A DNA stretch of 64,000 bases, taken from positions 35,774,001 through 35,838,000 of the forward strand of contig NC_043014.1 of assembly GCF_006345805.1 (NCBI RefSeq). The letters are read 5' to 3'. A program made the translations under genes and the position numbers. The DNA comes from Octopus sinensis. Taxonomy: Eukaryota. Every line of letters begins with the position of its first letter. Within the stretch, counting starts at the first letter, position 1. The notes under the pieces are model-generated. The model was not told where the DNA came from. It saw nothing but the letters and a program-made list of their open reading frames with translations, and did not search any database. Of the stretch, positions 52,293 through 64,000 are shown one piece after another.

Positions 52293-53969
52293 CACTACCG
52301 TCAGAAATTAATTAGCACCCTTGATTTGCTCTTCACTCAAGGTATTTGCTGTCACCTAGTGGCCATATCTCGAACTATTGCTTTGTTGCGAGTTCACTGT
52401 TGCGCAGAACGATGACGTAACTTTGTTTGCAGAGCGATTTGAGAGTCTACAGCCTAATGATGTTGACATAGCAGTGCAACAACAACTTGGAGTGCGGATG
52501 CAGACAAATCTTCCTTTGTTTAATAGATATAGGTAGCGCCTCGCAAGGACCGAAATCACACCATACTAAGTTTTCTCATCGCGTAAGACGTTTTGAACAG
52601 CTCGTAGGTTAATTGATTTGTGTATTTGCAAGACTTTTTTTCCTCACAAATTCTCCTACACTCTGCTTTGTGACGTCACTTCCGGTCCACAAAACTTTCT
52701 GTTATACATCAAATAAGGTGAGAAATTCTGCTTTCTTTCTTTTTTTGTTTAATGAATAATAACTCATAGTAGTTTTGTTATAGCATAACATTATTCAAAT
52801 GAATAGTTTTAATGAAAATAACTGGTTTTTATCGTTCATTCCTAGATGGGCCCAAGACCTCGCATGACCTTGGAGAGACGGTACGAGGCTCTCTCGTGGC
52901 GTGACAAGCTGTCGGAGGTTGCAATAGCCAGAAAACTTGGTGTAGCCAGGCGCACAATTCAGTGCTTATTTAAGAAATACGAGGAAACCGGATCAGCAGC
53001 TGACAAAAAGGGTAGGGGACGGAAGAGGCTGACGACCCAGCGGGAGGACCGGATCATGATCCGAATGTCACTGTACAACCGAAGGGCAACGACCCGGCAA
53101 CTGGCGGAGGAGATGCAAAAGATGACAGGGAAGCAGTTGTCTACAACCACCGTCAAGACCAGATTACTGGAAGCTGGTCTAAAATCCTGTAGGGCCGCCC
53201 AAAACCGGAAGAGGCAGCTGCTCTGGGCCCGTGCCCACAAGACATGGACCGTGCAGCAGTGGCGGACAGTGATGTTCACTGACGAGTCGCGATTCAGTCT
53301 CGTCAGTGACAAGCCTGTCCATGTGCGACGCCGCAGGGGTGAGCGCTTCAACAAAGACTGCATTGCTCCCACCATGAAGCATGGTGGGGGTGGTCTGATG
53401 GTGTGAGGGGCGTTCAGCTACAGTGGTGTTGGGCGGCTCTATGCCGTCGAAGGCAACATCAACGCAGCAAAGTACGTTGAGATAGTACGGGATACCTCTT
53501 TGGTGGCGAGGAGCACGCGCCTTCCCACACAGCCAAGCTCACAACCGGTTTCTTCAAGGACCATGGGGTGACGGTCATGGACTGGCCTGGCCAGTCACCT
53601 GACCTGAACCCTATTGAGAACCTCTGGAGTCGATTGGGTAGGGATTTGAATGTGCAGCAATACAGGAACCGACACGAGCTGTTTGGGGCACTTCTTGCTG
53701 CATGGGGGGGGGGCCATCCCTTCACAGTACCTGCAGGCACTCATAGACAGCATGCCGACCCGCGTAGCAGCTGTCATTGCTGCCAAAGGAGGGGCAACAA
53801 GATATTGACTAAATTTCACGATTAATAACAATTATGTGGTGTGCTGGGATATGTTTTAATAAATTTTTGATTAAAAACGAGTTCGTTTCTGATAATAAGT
53901 TAATTAAATTAAGAAAATGTAAGAAAATGTAGAAATTTGAGAAGTGCTAATTAATTTCCGACATAAGTG
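52293..53969 (+). mobile_element. Tc1-like (DD34E) transposon, transposase pseudogene at 52846-53800
   Basis: 26-bp TIRs CACTACCGTCAGAAATTAATTAGCAC / CACTTATGTCGGAAATTAATTAGCAC (4 mismatches), TA flanks. GRGRKRLTTQREDR, VMFTDESRF, KHGGGGLMV* (W>stop), WPGQSPDLNPIENLW. Confidence 0.93.
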
Positions 53970-53979
53970 TACATATATT

Positions 53980-54143
53980 CGACGGGCTTCTTTCAGTTTC
54001 TGCCTACCAAATCCATCCACAAGGCTTTGGTCGTCCCGAGGCTATCGTAGAAGACACTTGCCCAAGGTGCCACGCAGTGAAACTGAACCTGGAACCATGT
54101 GATTCGTAAGCAAGCTACTTACCACACAGCCACTCCTCCGCCT
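53980..54143 (-). mobile_element. SINE family A, 5' half (adjacent to Tc1 right TIR)
   Basis: GACGGGCTTCTTTCAGTTTC...ACCACACAGCCACTCCT. Confidence 0.8.
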
Positions 54144-54280
54144 ACATGTATGTATGTATGTATTTGCATGTATGTGTATGTATGTGGGTATGTACGTATG
54201 TATGTATACATGCATGCATGTATATATGTATGTTAAGTAATGGTGTGGAAGCCACTTATTCTTTCTCTATCTTTTTTCAG

Positions 54281-54461
54281 TATAAATTCCAGGCGTGGCC
54301 ATACAAAGCTTTCCCCAACTCATTCTGTCTGGATACTACTGCCAGTTCTCCTCCTCGCAAGTTGAAATACCATCTGCACTACAGCTACAACGCATGCGTA
54401 AGGGAATGTCGCATAGACTTCATCATCAACAAATGCGGTTGCCACAGTGTTTATGAACCTG
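54281..54461 (+). CDS. DEG/ENaC channel, exon 4 (thumb, Cys-rich)
   Basis: ttttttcag|TAT ... CCT G|gtaagg. Encodes YKFQAWPYKAFPNSFCLDT...YSYNACVRECRIDFIINKCGCHSVYEP with the YS...C..EC......KCGC pattern. Confidence 0.93.
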
Positions 54462-54635
54462 GTAAGGGATAACCTTAAACACCACATGATACCCCGCTAC
54501 ATCATCGTCGTCGTCATCATCATCATCATCATCATCATCATCACCGCCACCACCACCACCACCACCACAACCATCACCACCACCACCATCACCACCTCCA
54601 CCTCAAACAACAACACACAGCAACACAACGACGAG

Positions 54636-54689
<54 letters not shown>

Positions 54690-54711
54690 CATAATAATAA
54701 TAATAATGATG

Positions 54712-54763
<52 letters not shown>

Positions 54764-54819
54764 TTATGATGAAGATAGTGATGATGATGATGATGATAAT
54801 AATAATAATAATAATAATA

Positions 54820-55425
54820 GTGCTGTGCCTGAAAAACGTCGAAAAAGGCAATGCGGTAGACAATTACAGGCCGACATCCTGTTTGCCACTTATGTGGAAG
54901 TTATTGACTGGAATACTCGCAGAGTCAATGTACGAACATCGGGAAAAAAATGGAGTCCTGCCACATGAGCAGATGGGTTGCAAGCGTAAGTGTAGAGGTA
55001 CCAAGGATCAACTCCTGATGGACAAAACTGTGCTAAGAGACTGCAAGAGGAGGAAAAGTAACTTAGCCATGTCATAGATCGACTATCGTAAGGCGTACGA
55101 TATGATCCCACATTATTGGATTATGGAGTGTATGAGCCTATTTGGTATTGCTTCGAATGTTGAGCGATTGCTTGGAAAAAGTATGGCGAATTGGAGGACG
55201 GACCTGACAGCATACGGAAGAAGTTTTAAGAACAGTAGAAATTAGGAGGAGTATCTTCCAAGGGGACTGCCTGTCCTCTTTGTACTGTGATCTTTGTACT
55301 GTGCTTGTTACCGCTGACACTGATTCTGAAGAAAGCAATAGGTGGGTATGTATTCAAAAGCCGCCAGCAAAAAGTCAACCATTTGTTATTCATGGATGAC
55401 CTCAAACTTTATGGTATTATTTATG
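54820..55425 (+). mobile_element. R4-like RT fragment flanked by (AAT)n
   Basis: [41 protein letters not shown] and NHLLFMDDLKLYG. Confidence 0.8.
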
Positions 55426-55459
55426 GTATCGTACCCAGTAATATAAGCTGTGAGTTTTC

Positions 55460-55544
<85 letters not shown>

Positions 55545-55569
55545 TATAATAATAATACAACACAACGAT

Positions 55570-55890
55570 ACAGGCTAAATTACCAGACATAGTCATTAAA
55601 GACAGAAGAAAATATTGGTAGACTAATAGATGTAAGTGTTCCCACTGATAAAAATATATCTAAAGGAATTTGACAAATTAAATAAATATAAGGACTTGGA
55701 AACTGAAATGCAAAAGATGTGGCATCTTAAAGCGAGAACTGTTCCTGATATTGTGGGTGCCCTAGGTGTGATAAGAAAGGGATGTCAGAAACAGCTATAT
55801 AATATCCCAGGAGAACCATGTCTTAGAGAAATCTATAAGATTGTGCTGACAACTACTGCCCACTTCCTTGGAAAAACCCTGTCAATTTAA
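55570..55890 (+). mobile_element. R4-like endonuclease/3' fragment
   Basis: PDIVIKD...LIDVSVPTDKNI; KYKDLETEMQKMWHLKARTVPDIVGALG. Confidence 0.75.
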
Positions 55891-56133
55891 ATGTATATGT
55901 TGTATTACAAGAAAATATTTCGCTACTTCCCCCAGTTTTCAGTCATACTGTAACATCTCTTATCCTTCACTCGCCCTAGGATGATGAGTGTTTCTCGGCG
56001 AGTGATTGCAACAAACATACAGATTAAAAGTAAATAATAATAATAATACATGAGTAGGATGATAATAATAATAATAATAATAATATAATAATAATAATAA
56101 TAATATAATAATAATAATAATAATATAATAATA

Positions 56134-56241
<108 letters not shown>

Positions 56242-56317
56242 TGAAACAAGTGCAAAATAAGAGAAGAGAAACCTGATCGTTTAACGTGTTCCTATGGAAT
56301 TATATCAGTAGAAACAA

Positions 56318-56359
<42 letters not shown>

Positions 56360-56418
56360 CCTCAACGCCTTTATCTTTTTCTCTTTCTCTTCATTTGATT
56401 CTCATATATTTCTCGTAG

Positions 56419-56475
56419 GTGAAGGACCAACATGTTCAGGAAGACAATTGTTGAATTGTCGAATGGGAGTTGTAG
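56419..56475 (+). CDS. DEG/ENaC channel, exon 5 (57-bp small exon)
   Basis: tttctcgtag|GT ... GTA G|gtgagt, phase 1/1. Encodes (G)EGPTCSGRQLLNCRMGVV and supplies the two thumb cysteines expected between exons 4 and 6. Confidence 0.85.
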
Positions 56476-56649
56476 GTGAGTACACCTTGCTCTACAGTCA
56501 TACGCTTTCAGCTTTTTTAATTTATCGCCTTCCCTAACGCTGGTGTTCAACCAGACATGAATGTATGGTATGCACATATCTCCACTCTCTCTCTCCATTA
56601 CCTCTCCTCCTCCTCCTCTCTCTCTCACCCCGCTCTTACATCCTTCTCT

Positions 56650-56712
<63 letters not shown>

Positions 56713-57057
56713 ATATATATATATATATCACTCCATCTATCTCTCGACCTCGCTTTCTCTCTATCTCTATCTCTTTCTGAAAGTCAGACAAGTAAGACAA
56801 CTCACCCCAGACCCCATTCAAGAGCGATGGACATCGATGTTTCGCCACCGGGCCTTCAACAGCACGTACTTTGAGAGAGTCACCCCCACCATGCTAAATC
56901 AGAGCCTACCGCCGACCAATCTACGCCCGTGTTTTGAGTACTTTACAGTCGATAATGTTTGCAACACTAAAACTGCATCTAATTCATAACTGAATTTATT
57001 CTTACGTAAGCATCATCGTGGCAAACCAGCAAATGGTTTTCACACAATTTGTATATA

Positions 57058-57416
57058 GGCGCAGGAGTGGCTGTGTGGTAAGTAGCTTGCTAACAAGCCA
57101 CATGGTTCCCGGTTCAGTCCTACTGCGTGGTACTTTGAGTGAGTGTCTTCGACTCGGGCCGACCAAAGCCTTGTGAGTGGATTTGGTAGATGGAAACTGA
57201 AAGAAGCCAATCGTGTGTTTGTGTGTGTGTTTCCCCCACCGTCACTTGACAACTGATACTGGTGTGTTTACGTCCCCGTAACTTAACGGTTTGGCAAAAG
57301 GGACTAGGTTTACAAAGAATAAGTCATGGGGTCGATTTGCTCGACTAAAGGCGGTGCTCCAGCATGGCCGCAATCAAATGACTGAAACAAGTAAAAGAAT
57401 AAAAGAATAAAAGAAT
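57058..57416 (+). mobile_element. SINE family A, full-length
   Basis: Aligns with 31728-32148; tail (AAAAGAAT)n. Confidence 0.85.
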
Positions 57417-57734
57417 AGTCATGGACTGGCGATTCCGTTCTTTTCCAGTTCAGTTCAGGTACATGATGTTGATAAGCTACAAGAATGGTGAAACATCGAT
57501 GTTCATTGCTCCTGAATGGCATTTAAGACGAGTTGTCTCGCCTGTCTAAGACATTCAGATTAACTGATGCATACATACAGACATGCATATATGTATGTGT
57601 GTGTATATATATATACATACATATATAAAACAGAGGGATGGATTTTATGCATGCATGCATACATACATACATACATACATACATACATACATACGATGTT
57701 TTAACGACTCTTCAGTTTCCCATCTTAAACTTAA

Positions 57735-58305
57735 ACTTAATTTTGGCACAAGGCCAGCAGGCTTGAAGGATTAAATTGATCCGTTTTCAACTGGTACTTA
57801 TTTTATAGAACTCGAAAGAATGGAAAGCAAAATCGAACTCGGCAAAATTTGGACTCGAAACATAAAGACAGACATGCTAACGATTCTGCCAGCTCACCAC
57901 CTTAATATTAAACTTAATATTGGTTTCAAATTTTGGCATAAGTTCAGCAATTTCAGGGGAGAGGGTAACTCGATTACATCGGCCCCCGTGCTCCACTGGT
58001 ACTTATTTTATCGAACCCGAATGTATAAAAAACGAAGTCGGCCTCGGCGGAATTTGAAAATATTAAACTTAATATTAGAATAAGAAATAAAGGCGGCGAG
58101 CTGGTTGAATTATTAGTATGCCGGGCAAAATGCTTAGCAGTATTTCATCCGGCTTCACGTCCTGTGTTCAAATTCCGCCGGGGTCGACTTTGCCTCTCAT
58201 CCTTTCGAGGTCGATAAATTAAGTACCAGTCGAGCTCTGGAGTCGATGTAATCGATCTACCCTCTCCCCAAAATTGCTGGCCTTGTGCCAAAATTTGAAA
58301 CCTAT
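57735..58305. mobile_element. Cluster of SINE family B copies (two minus, one plus at 58090-58305)
   Basis: Shared family B core in both orientations. Further single copies lie at 4636-4805 (+), 19504-19713 (-), 30160-30535 (-) and 59935-60160 (-). Confidence 0.75.
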
Positions 58306-58314
58306 ATTAAAATA

Positions 58315-58839
58315 CCGTAAATCCTCGAGTATAATCCGCATTTTTTTTCCAAAATTTAAAGAACAAAATCCCTAGTGCGTACTATATACGAGGTTAAAAA
58401 TGAAAAAATATTTTCTAAGCAATGTCCGAGTCTCTATTTGCTGTCCGGCAATGTTTATTCAGACGCATTTTGTGATGCCGGGCGCGAAAATACCTTAAGC
58501 TAAGCCTGAAAGCAATGAAGTCATAAAAGAATCATCCATAACTTGCAATAAGCAACATTTACTAAACGTTATTACTGTTATTACAGTTATTTCTTTATTT
58601 TCTGCAAACAAAATGCACAAAAAAGCTACACGTTTGCATTATGTTAGATATGCAATAATAATAAAGGATGTTACCGCATACATTTTTTTTACAAACCAAG
58701 AACGTTATATAGACCTCCTTGACTCAAGTTAGAGAATGGGTGCGTATTATACACAAGGTTGAGGTTTTTCAGAAGTACAGCCCCCTAAAAATCTCCTGTG
58801 TATTATACTCAAGGGTGGACTATACTCGAGGATTTACGG
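58315..58839. mobile_element. Tc2/pogo-like MITE (525 bp)
   Basis: Perfect 19-bp TIR CCGTAAATCCTCGAGTATA with TA on both sides; no ORF. Confidence 0.8.
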
Positions 58840-59117
58840 TAAATAAATTTGAAGCAAACATAACAGTTAACTTTCACGTTAAAACATTTAAAGCTAAATA
58901 GAATTTTTCTCAATAAAGAGGTGTTGAACTCATACGACTATGTGACGCTATTGTTATCTTAATGTTTCTGAGAAAGTCTTTATTCAGAATCCAACAAAAT
59001 GCTAACAACCGGTTCACATTTTAACGTCCTGTACAACCGGTTCTCGCAAATCGTTTGTTAAGAATACTTTAAAAATGAGAATCGATTATGATACCCTGCT
59101 GTATGCAAAAATGTACG

Positions 59118-59162
<45 letters not shown>

Positions 59163-59621
59163 GCACACACACACACACACACACGCACACACATACACAC
59201 TCACACAGGGACAGCTCAAGGTACGTTAGCTTGTACACGCCGAAGTCCAGCTTACCCGGGCGCCAGCAACCTTAGGGTTGCTGCACATGCACATACATAC
59301 ATACATACATACATACATACATACATACATACATACATACATACATGCATGCATACATACATACATGCATACATGCATGCATACATACATACATGCATAC
59401 ATGCATGCATACATACATGCATACATGCATGCATACATGCATACATACATACATACATACATACATACATGCATGCATACATACATACATAGTACACACG
59501 CACAGATATGCGCACACATACACACACAGCTTATTTGTTATAAGGTTTACATATATAAAACATACTTAAACACTACTTTCAACATTGGTCGCCTTACGTG
59601 TGTGCATATGTGTGTGTGTGC

Positions 59622-59663
<42 letters not shown>

Positions 59664-60327
59664 GTGCAGAAGCGGTTGTGTGCCAAAAAGCTTGATTCCC
59701 AATCACATGGTTCTGCGTTCAGTCCTACTGCGTGGCCACGTGTCTTCTACGACAGCCTCGGGCCAACCAAAGCTTTGTGAGTGGATTTGGTAGACGAAAA
59801 CTGAAAGAAGCCAGTCGCTTATATATATGTATACATATCTATGTCTGTGTGTCTGTGTTTGAGAGTGAGAGAGAGAGAGGCGAGAGAGAGGCAGATAAAC
59901 AGAAAGAGATACACAGAAAGAGTAAGGGGATAAATATATTTCTTTACTGCCCTCAAGGGGCTAAACACAGAGGGGACAAACAAAGACAGACAAACGGATT
60001 AAGTCGATTACATCGACCCCAGTGCGTAACTGGTACTTATTTAATTGACCCCGAAGGGATGAAAGGCAAAGTCGACCTCGGCGGAATTTGAACTCACAAC
60101 GTAACGGCAGACGAAATACGGCTACGCATTTCGCCCGGCGTGCTAACGTTTCTGCCAGCTCAAGGGGATAAATAGATAGATAGTCATGTGCATACTTGCG
60201 TGCGTGTGGAGGGTGCCCATATACCCATGTACTTCAGTGATATATCAAATGGTCATTAACATTATTGTCTCCATGCTTTCATCTCTTCTTCTTATTCATC
60301 CGGTCAATGACTACACTGTTACTTCAG

Positions 60328-60484
60328 CTAAATTTGATAGTGACCCAGACATCTTGCGTAAGTGTAACTGCCTCCCACCCTGCACATTCGCTCAATATCA
60401 AACTCAAATTTCATCAGCTCACTACCCTTCGAATCTCTTCAACGAAATATTGATGAACGTGTCAAGTTTCATTGGACAACCCAG
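60328..60484 (+). CDS. DEG/ENaC channel, exon 6
   Basis: acttcag|CT ... CCC AG|gtaagt, phase 1/2. Encodes KFDSDPDILRKCNCLPPCTFAQYQTQISSAHYPS (C.C..PC....Y...S...YP motif). Confidence 0.92.
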
Positions 60485-62688
60485 GTAAGTTGATATCAAG
60501 TGAAAGAAGTGACTATTGTGGGCTTTCTCCTCTGGTGTTTTTTTTTTGTCTGTTTTTTTTTGTCTGTTGCTGTTGCTGTTACTGGTGCTACCGATGGTGT
60601 CATTGTTTCTTGCTGCAGTTGCTTAATACCAGATAAGACTTGAACAGACATATGCATGACTCGGAGGTGTCGAGGGAATGACGGACTAGATGTAATCCAC
60701 ATATACATTTTCCTACATGTCGCATATTTTATGCAATTTGAGGAGTGGTATTGTCGTGTTGTTAAGAATTTCAGTTCATAATTATGGTAATTTTGTTTGA
60801 TTCTTCTGTGTAAGACTTGAACAAGTCTCGTTCACTATAGCCTTATACTAGGCAGCGCCTCAGCACATAAGTACAAAGATAGACTGCATAAGTTATATAA
60901 GTTAAAAGAACAGCTACAGCAGCCAAAGAAACTCTATCTGTAGAAATGAGAAAAATCATAGAAGCATTTGGAAATGAGCTGACAAGTTAAGTTAGCAAAA
61001 ACAAATCAACAAAACGAATACAATTCGCATTCAACGAAGCAAGGGTACCGCGAAGAGGAAGTACCTCATCGACCACATGACCTTGTTCGTGAAGCCGTGA
61101 AATAAGTTCTAATGAGTAAAAATAACTAAAGACTGTCATCCGTATCTACTATTGGAGAAGGTTATTATGAAAATTAAATCAAGATGATTGAGCAGTCTGT
61201 TATATCATCGTCAAATAACTCAGGTGAATACTATCAACTTGTTGCAACACATTATGATGTTGATTGGGATCTCCTAAAAGTAGGACAAGCAATCTGTACA
61301 AAGTTTGTCATGGACCAAAAGCACGCTGCGGCTGGTGTTGTATAAACTGCTTATAAGAACGATTTTAATGCCGCACTATCAGTTTTCAACAAGAGTTTGA
61401 CAACTATTCCTGCTGCGTTTTGTCCTACAGAGCAATCCATCAGTATCCTCAGACAAATGAAGACATATCTGAGGAGTACAATAGATCGGATACGACTACT
61501 AGTGTGGAAATATTAAATAATCATTGAAAGTATACCAAAATGTTGTCCAAATATTTTTGCTGGTAAGAAAGGAAAGAAAGGGCATTTTTTCAAGTTGCAT
61601 ACCGTGTGATTTGTGCTATCTGTCTTCGATTGATAAAAGACGTATTTGTGTTTTTATTTGTGCAAAATTTAGGGTCAGTCAACTCCTCTCCCCTCTTAAT
61701 CGTTTCTGATGTGGAACAGATGTGCACGGGGACCGTTGTACATGTAAAGGTAGGGAGTTTATTGGCTGAAGTTTGCATTAGAAACAGAGTGTACCTCTTG
61801 ACATGCCCATGTAATCTTTCCGTTTGAGGACTTGGATTTCTTTGCATAGGTGGTCTGCGAACATGGCGTGCGTATGTATATATGTGCGTATGTGTGTGTT
61901 TATATATAACGTGTAACGAAAAGCATCGTCTTTAGTATAGCTTATTATAAAGAATTTGGCAACCTGGAATGTATTGTAATTCATAATGGATGTGATGTTT
62001 TGCTTGTAAACTGTCATTCTTATTTCTTTCTGTAAACCAAATCCAAATGTGTTGCCTGTAAGTCATATTACGTGTGTTTGTGAGCCGTTTTGCTATCTAA
62101 CGTAGCTGTGCATTATGGATGTGTTGTAAGTAATTCTTAATATTTGTGTCTTGTTTATCAGTATAATATGTTTATGCTATTGAATGTATTTATATTTTGT
62201 TAAACTTTGGCTGGGAAAGGAAAATTTAGTCCACCTTAAGATTCATTCTAAACATGTATTTTGATTCTACATGCGGAGTCCAGTCCTCTCAGTAGCAAGA
62301 AACTAACACAATGAGATACAATTCATTTACCTCTGAATTGTATTTAGATACTAATCAGTTGCTAGATAAATGTGTTCGGAATTTTCTATTTGGTATTCCA
62401 TCGTCATCAGATTTCAAAAACGATAAATAAGAGTTGTAAAAGGAAGAATAGCGCTGCAAAAACACAATAAAACACTTCGATAAAAATATTTTTCGTGTTA
62501 ATTCAAATAACATTGGAAGGATTAAAATGAAATGGAAAATAAGAACGAATGAATTTATCTGACCATAATACTATACAGTTCACCTAACTGTAAGAACCAC
62601 AACGAATTATAGTTAACGTAGCCGTTAAGAAGTAGTATAAATTTAAAAGTAGTCTGCATATTATCCTGCGAGATAGTTTATAACTGTA

Positions 62689-63082
62689 CTAGCAGTATAG
62701 CCCAGCTTTGCTCGGTTTTGTTTCGACCCTTTAGAATTGGAATTTTTGAAAAGTAAAAATTTTGCATTATGTAGTTTGTTATTCTCTTTAAGTGAACATT
62801 TTTCTGGTTGACATAAACCAAAAAATGGCGACACCGCAGTCAAAAAATCGTAAAATATAGTGATCTTCATAGAAAAAAAGCACCTTTTTGATGTAAATAA
62901 TTTTTGGTCTTAACATGGTCTGATTTGAATTTTATCTTCTACGGGATGAAGAGCAAGCCTTGTTTTATCATACTCTCAATTTTGGTCAACTTGCGCCGCA
63001 GGGTCTCGGAGGAGATAGTGTTAGTTGAAGGCTACGAAACCTGCCACACACACACAGACAACTTCAGCTTTATATATATAGA
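62689..63082 (-). mobile_element. Non-autonomous Helitron (394 bp)
   Basis: Minus strand reads A|TCTATATATATA ... CTAG|T, with a GC hairpin (cccagc-ttt-gctcgg at 62701-62715) 8 nt from the CTAG end. Confidence 0.75.
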
Positions 63083-63429
63083 TTTGATTAACTGAAATTT
63101 AGGGGAAATGTTGACATCATTCTCACAAAATCGAACTCATAAATGAATTCAACTCAATCTTAGGTGAGGTGACTGTATCTATAAAATTTCTTACATTAGC
63201 AAAAAGTCATATTTCTTCATATGATTAGTGTAGTCGATTGCATAGTGTACAGTGTAGTAATGCTTATTTTAGTAGCACCTGAGACATGAAATGAAATACG
63301 AAGATGATTCAAACTTAGACTTAAAAGAGGTATACCTAAATTCTCCAAACCACTTAATTTGATGTCACTCAATTCAATATCGACAGAGTTTTTTAATACC
63401 TTATGCTGTTTTTTTTTTCCTTCTATAAG

Positions 63430-63521
63430 AGAACGCTTTTTAGAGGTGAGGCTTTTCTTCGAAACATTGCTGTATCACGAAGTAATGCAGGTGCCACAAT
63501 ATACGCTGCTAAACATCATGG
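63430..63521 (+). CDS. DEG/ENaC channel, exon 7 (pre-TM2); gene continues beyond window
   Basis: Polypyrimidine tract + ataag|A (AAG acceptor) ... ATG G|gtaagt, phase 2/1. Encodes RERFLEVRLFFETLLYHEVMQVPQYTLLNIM, equivalent to the beta-12/pre-TM2 segment. Confidence 0.88.
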
Positions 63522-64000
63522 GTAAGTATATAACACACACATACATACACACACACATCCTTTTTGTTCTTCTTAGTAGAGATTTTGTCTCACTATGACC
63601 ATACAAGCTTCATCTTTTTATTTCTCTTTAGGCTTCTCTCTTCCTTTTTCACTTTTCCTCTTCTTGTAGCCTCCTCACTTATTGCTAGTAATGCAGCTTC
63701 TCATCCCATCATGCATTTCTTCTTTCTATCTACCAAATTGTATTCCGACGAGAGCTATTTTCTATCCTCCATTTGCGCTAACATATTTTTTCTTAGTTTC
63801 TATGCGTGTTCGAAAGATTACTTTCTTTTCTCATTAATCTTTTGACTCCATATCTGTTTGTATCTAAGTTTCCGTTTCATTCATATGTAGTTGCTTTCAA
63901 TGTTTTAAGACCTCAGACTTCTTATTGTACTACCCGCCATCTCATATGTTTACAATCATTGGGGCTTTCCAGACGAGTGTTAATGTAAGGTAAGTGCATC

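Noticed and set aside
54447-54968. 173-aa poly-Ile/Thr/Asn ORF
   Set aside because: Read-through of (CAT)n, (CAC)n and (AAT)n microsatellites into an R4 fragment in intron 4.
56760-56989. Non-repetitive ORF tail (QERWTSMFRHRAF...) in intron 5
   Set aside because: No donor site and no DEG/ENaC similarity. Exons 5 and 6 already join in phase with all expected cysteines.
63560-64000. Possible decayed R4-like RT fragment on the minus strand
   Set aside because: Purine-rich and suggestive, but no diagnostic motif could be read with confidence.

Overview
AT-rich, microsatellite-dense animal genomic DNA. The SINE families and repeat landscape look like an octopus or other coleoid cephalopod (inference, not verified). 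One host gene can be reconstructed by hand: a + strand DEG/ENaC (ASIC/ENaC superfamily) ion channel. Seven phase-compatible coding exons lie between 38879 and 63521 (about 437 codons), and the TM2 exon lies beyond the window. The rest is mostly mobile DNA: several R4/Dong-type non-LTR retrotransposon subfamilies embedded in (TAA)n arrays, RTE and Jockey/CR1-like relics, three Tc1/mariner-superfamily transposase elements (mariner, Tc1, maT), three MITEs, a non-autonomous Helitron and at least four tRNA-derived SINE families. The most interesting signal is a set of minimal type I hammerhead-ribozyme motifs of the Penelope-like-element kind. One pair sits in the ~550-bp inverted arms of a 3-kb non-coding foldback element inside intron 3 of the channel gene. 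Most ORFs in the supplied track are microsatellite artefacts. Coordinates were counted by eye, so repeat boundaries may be off by a few bases.
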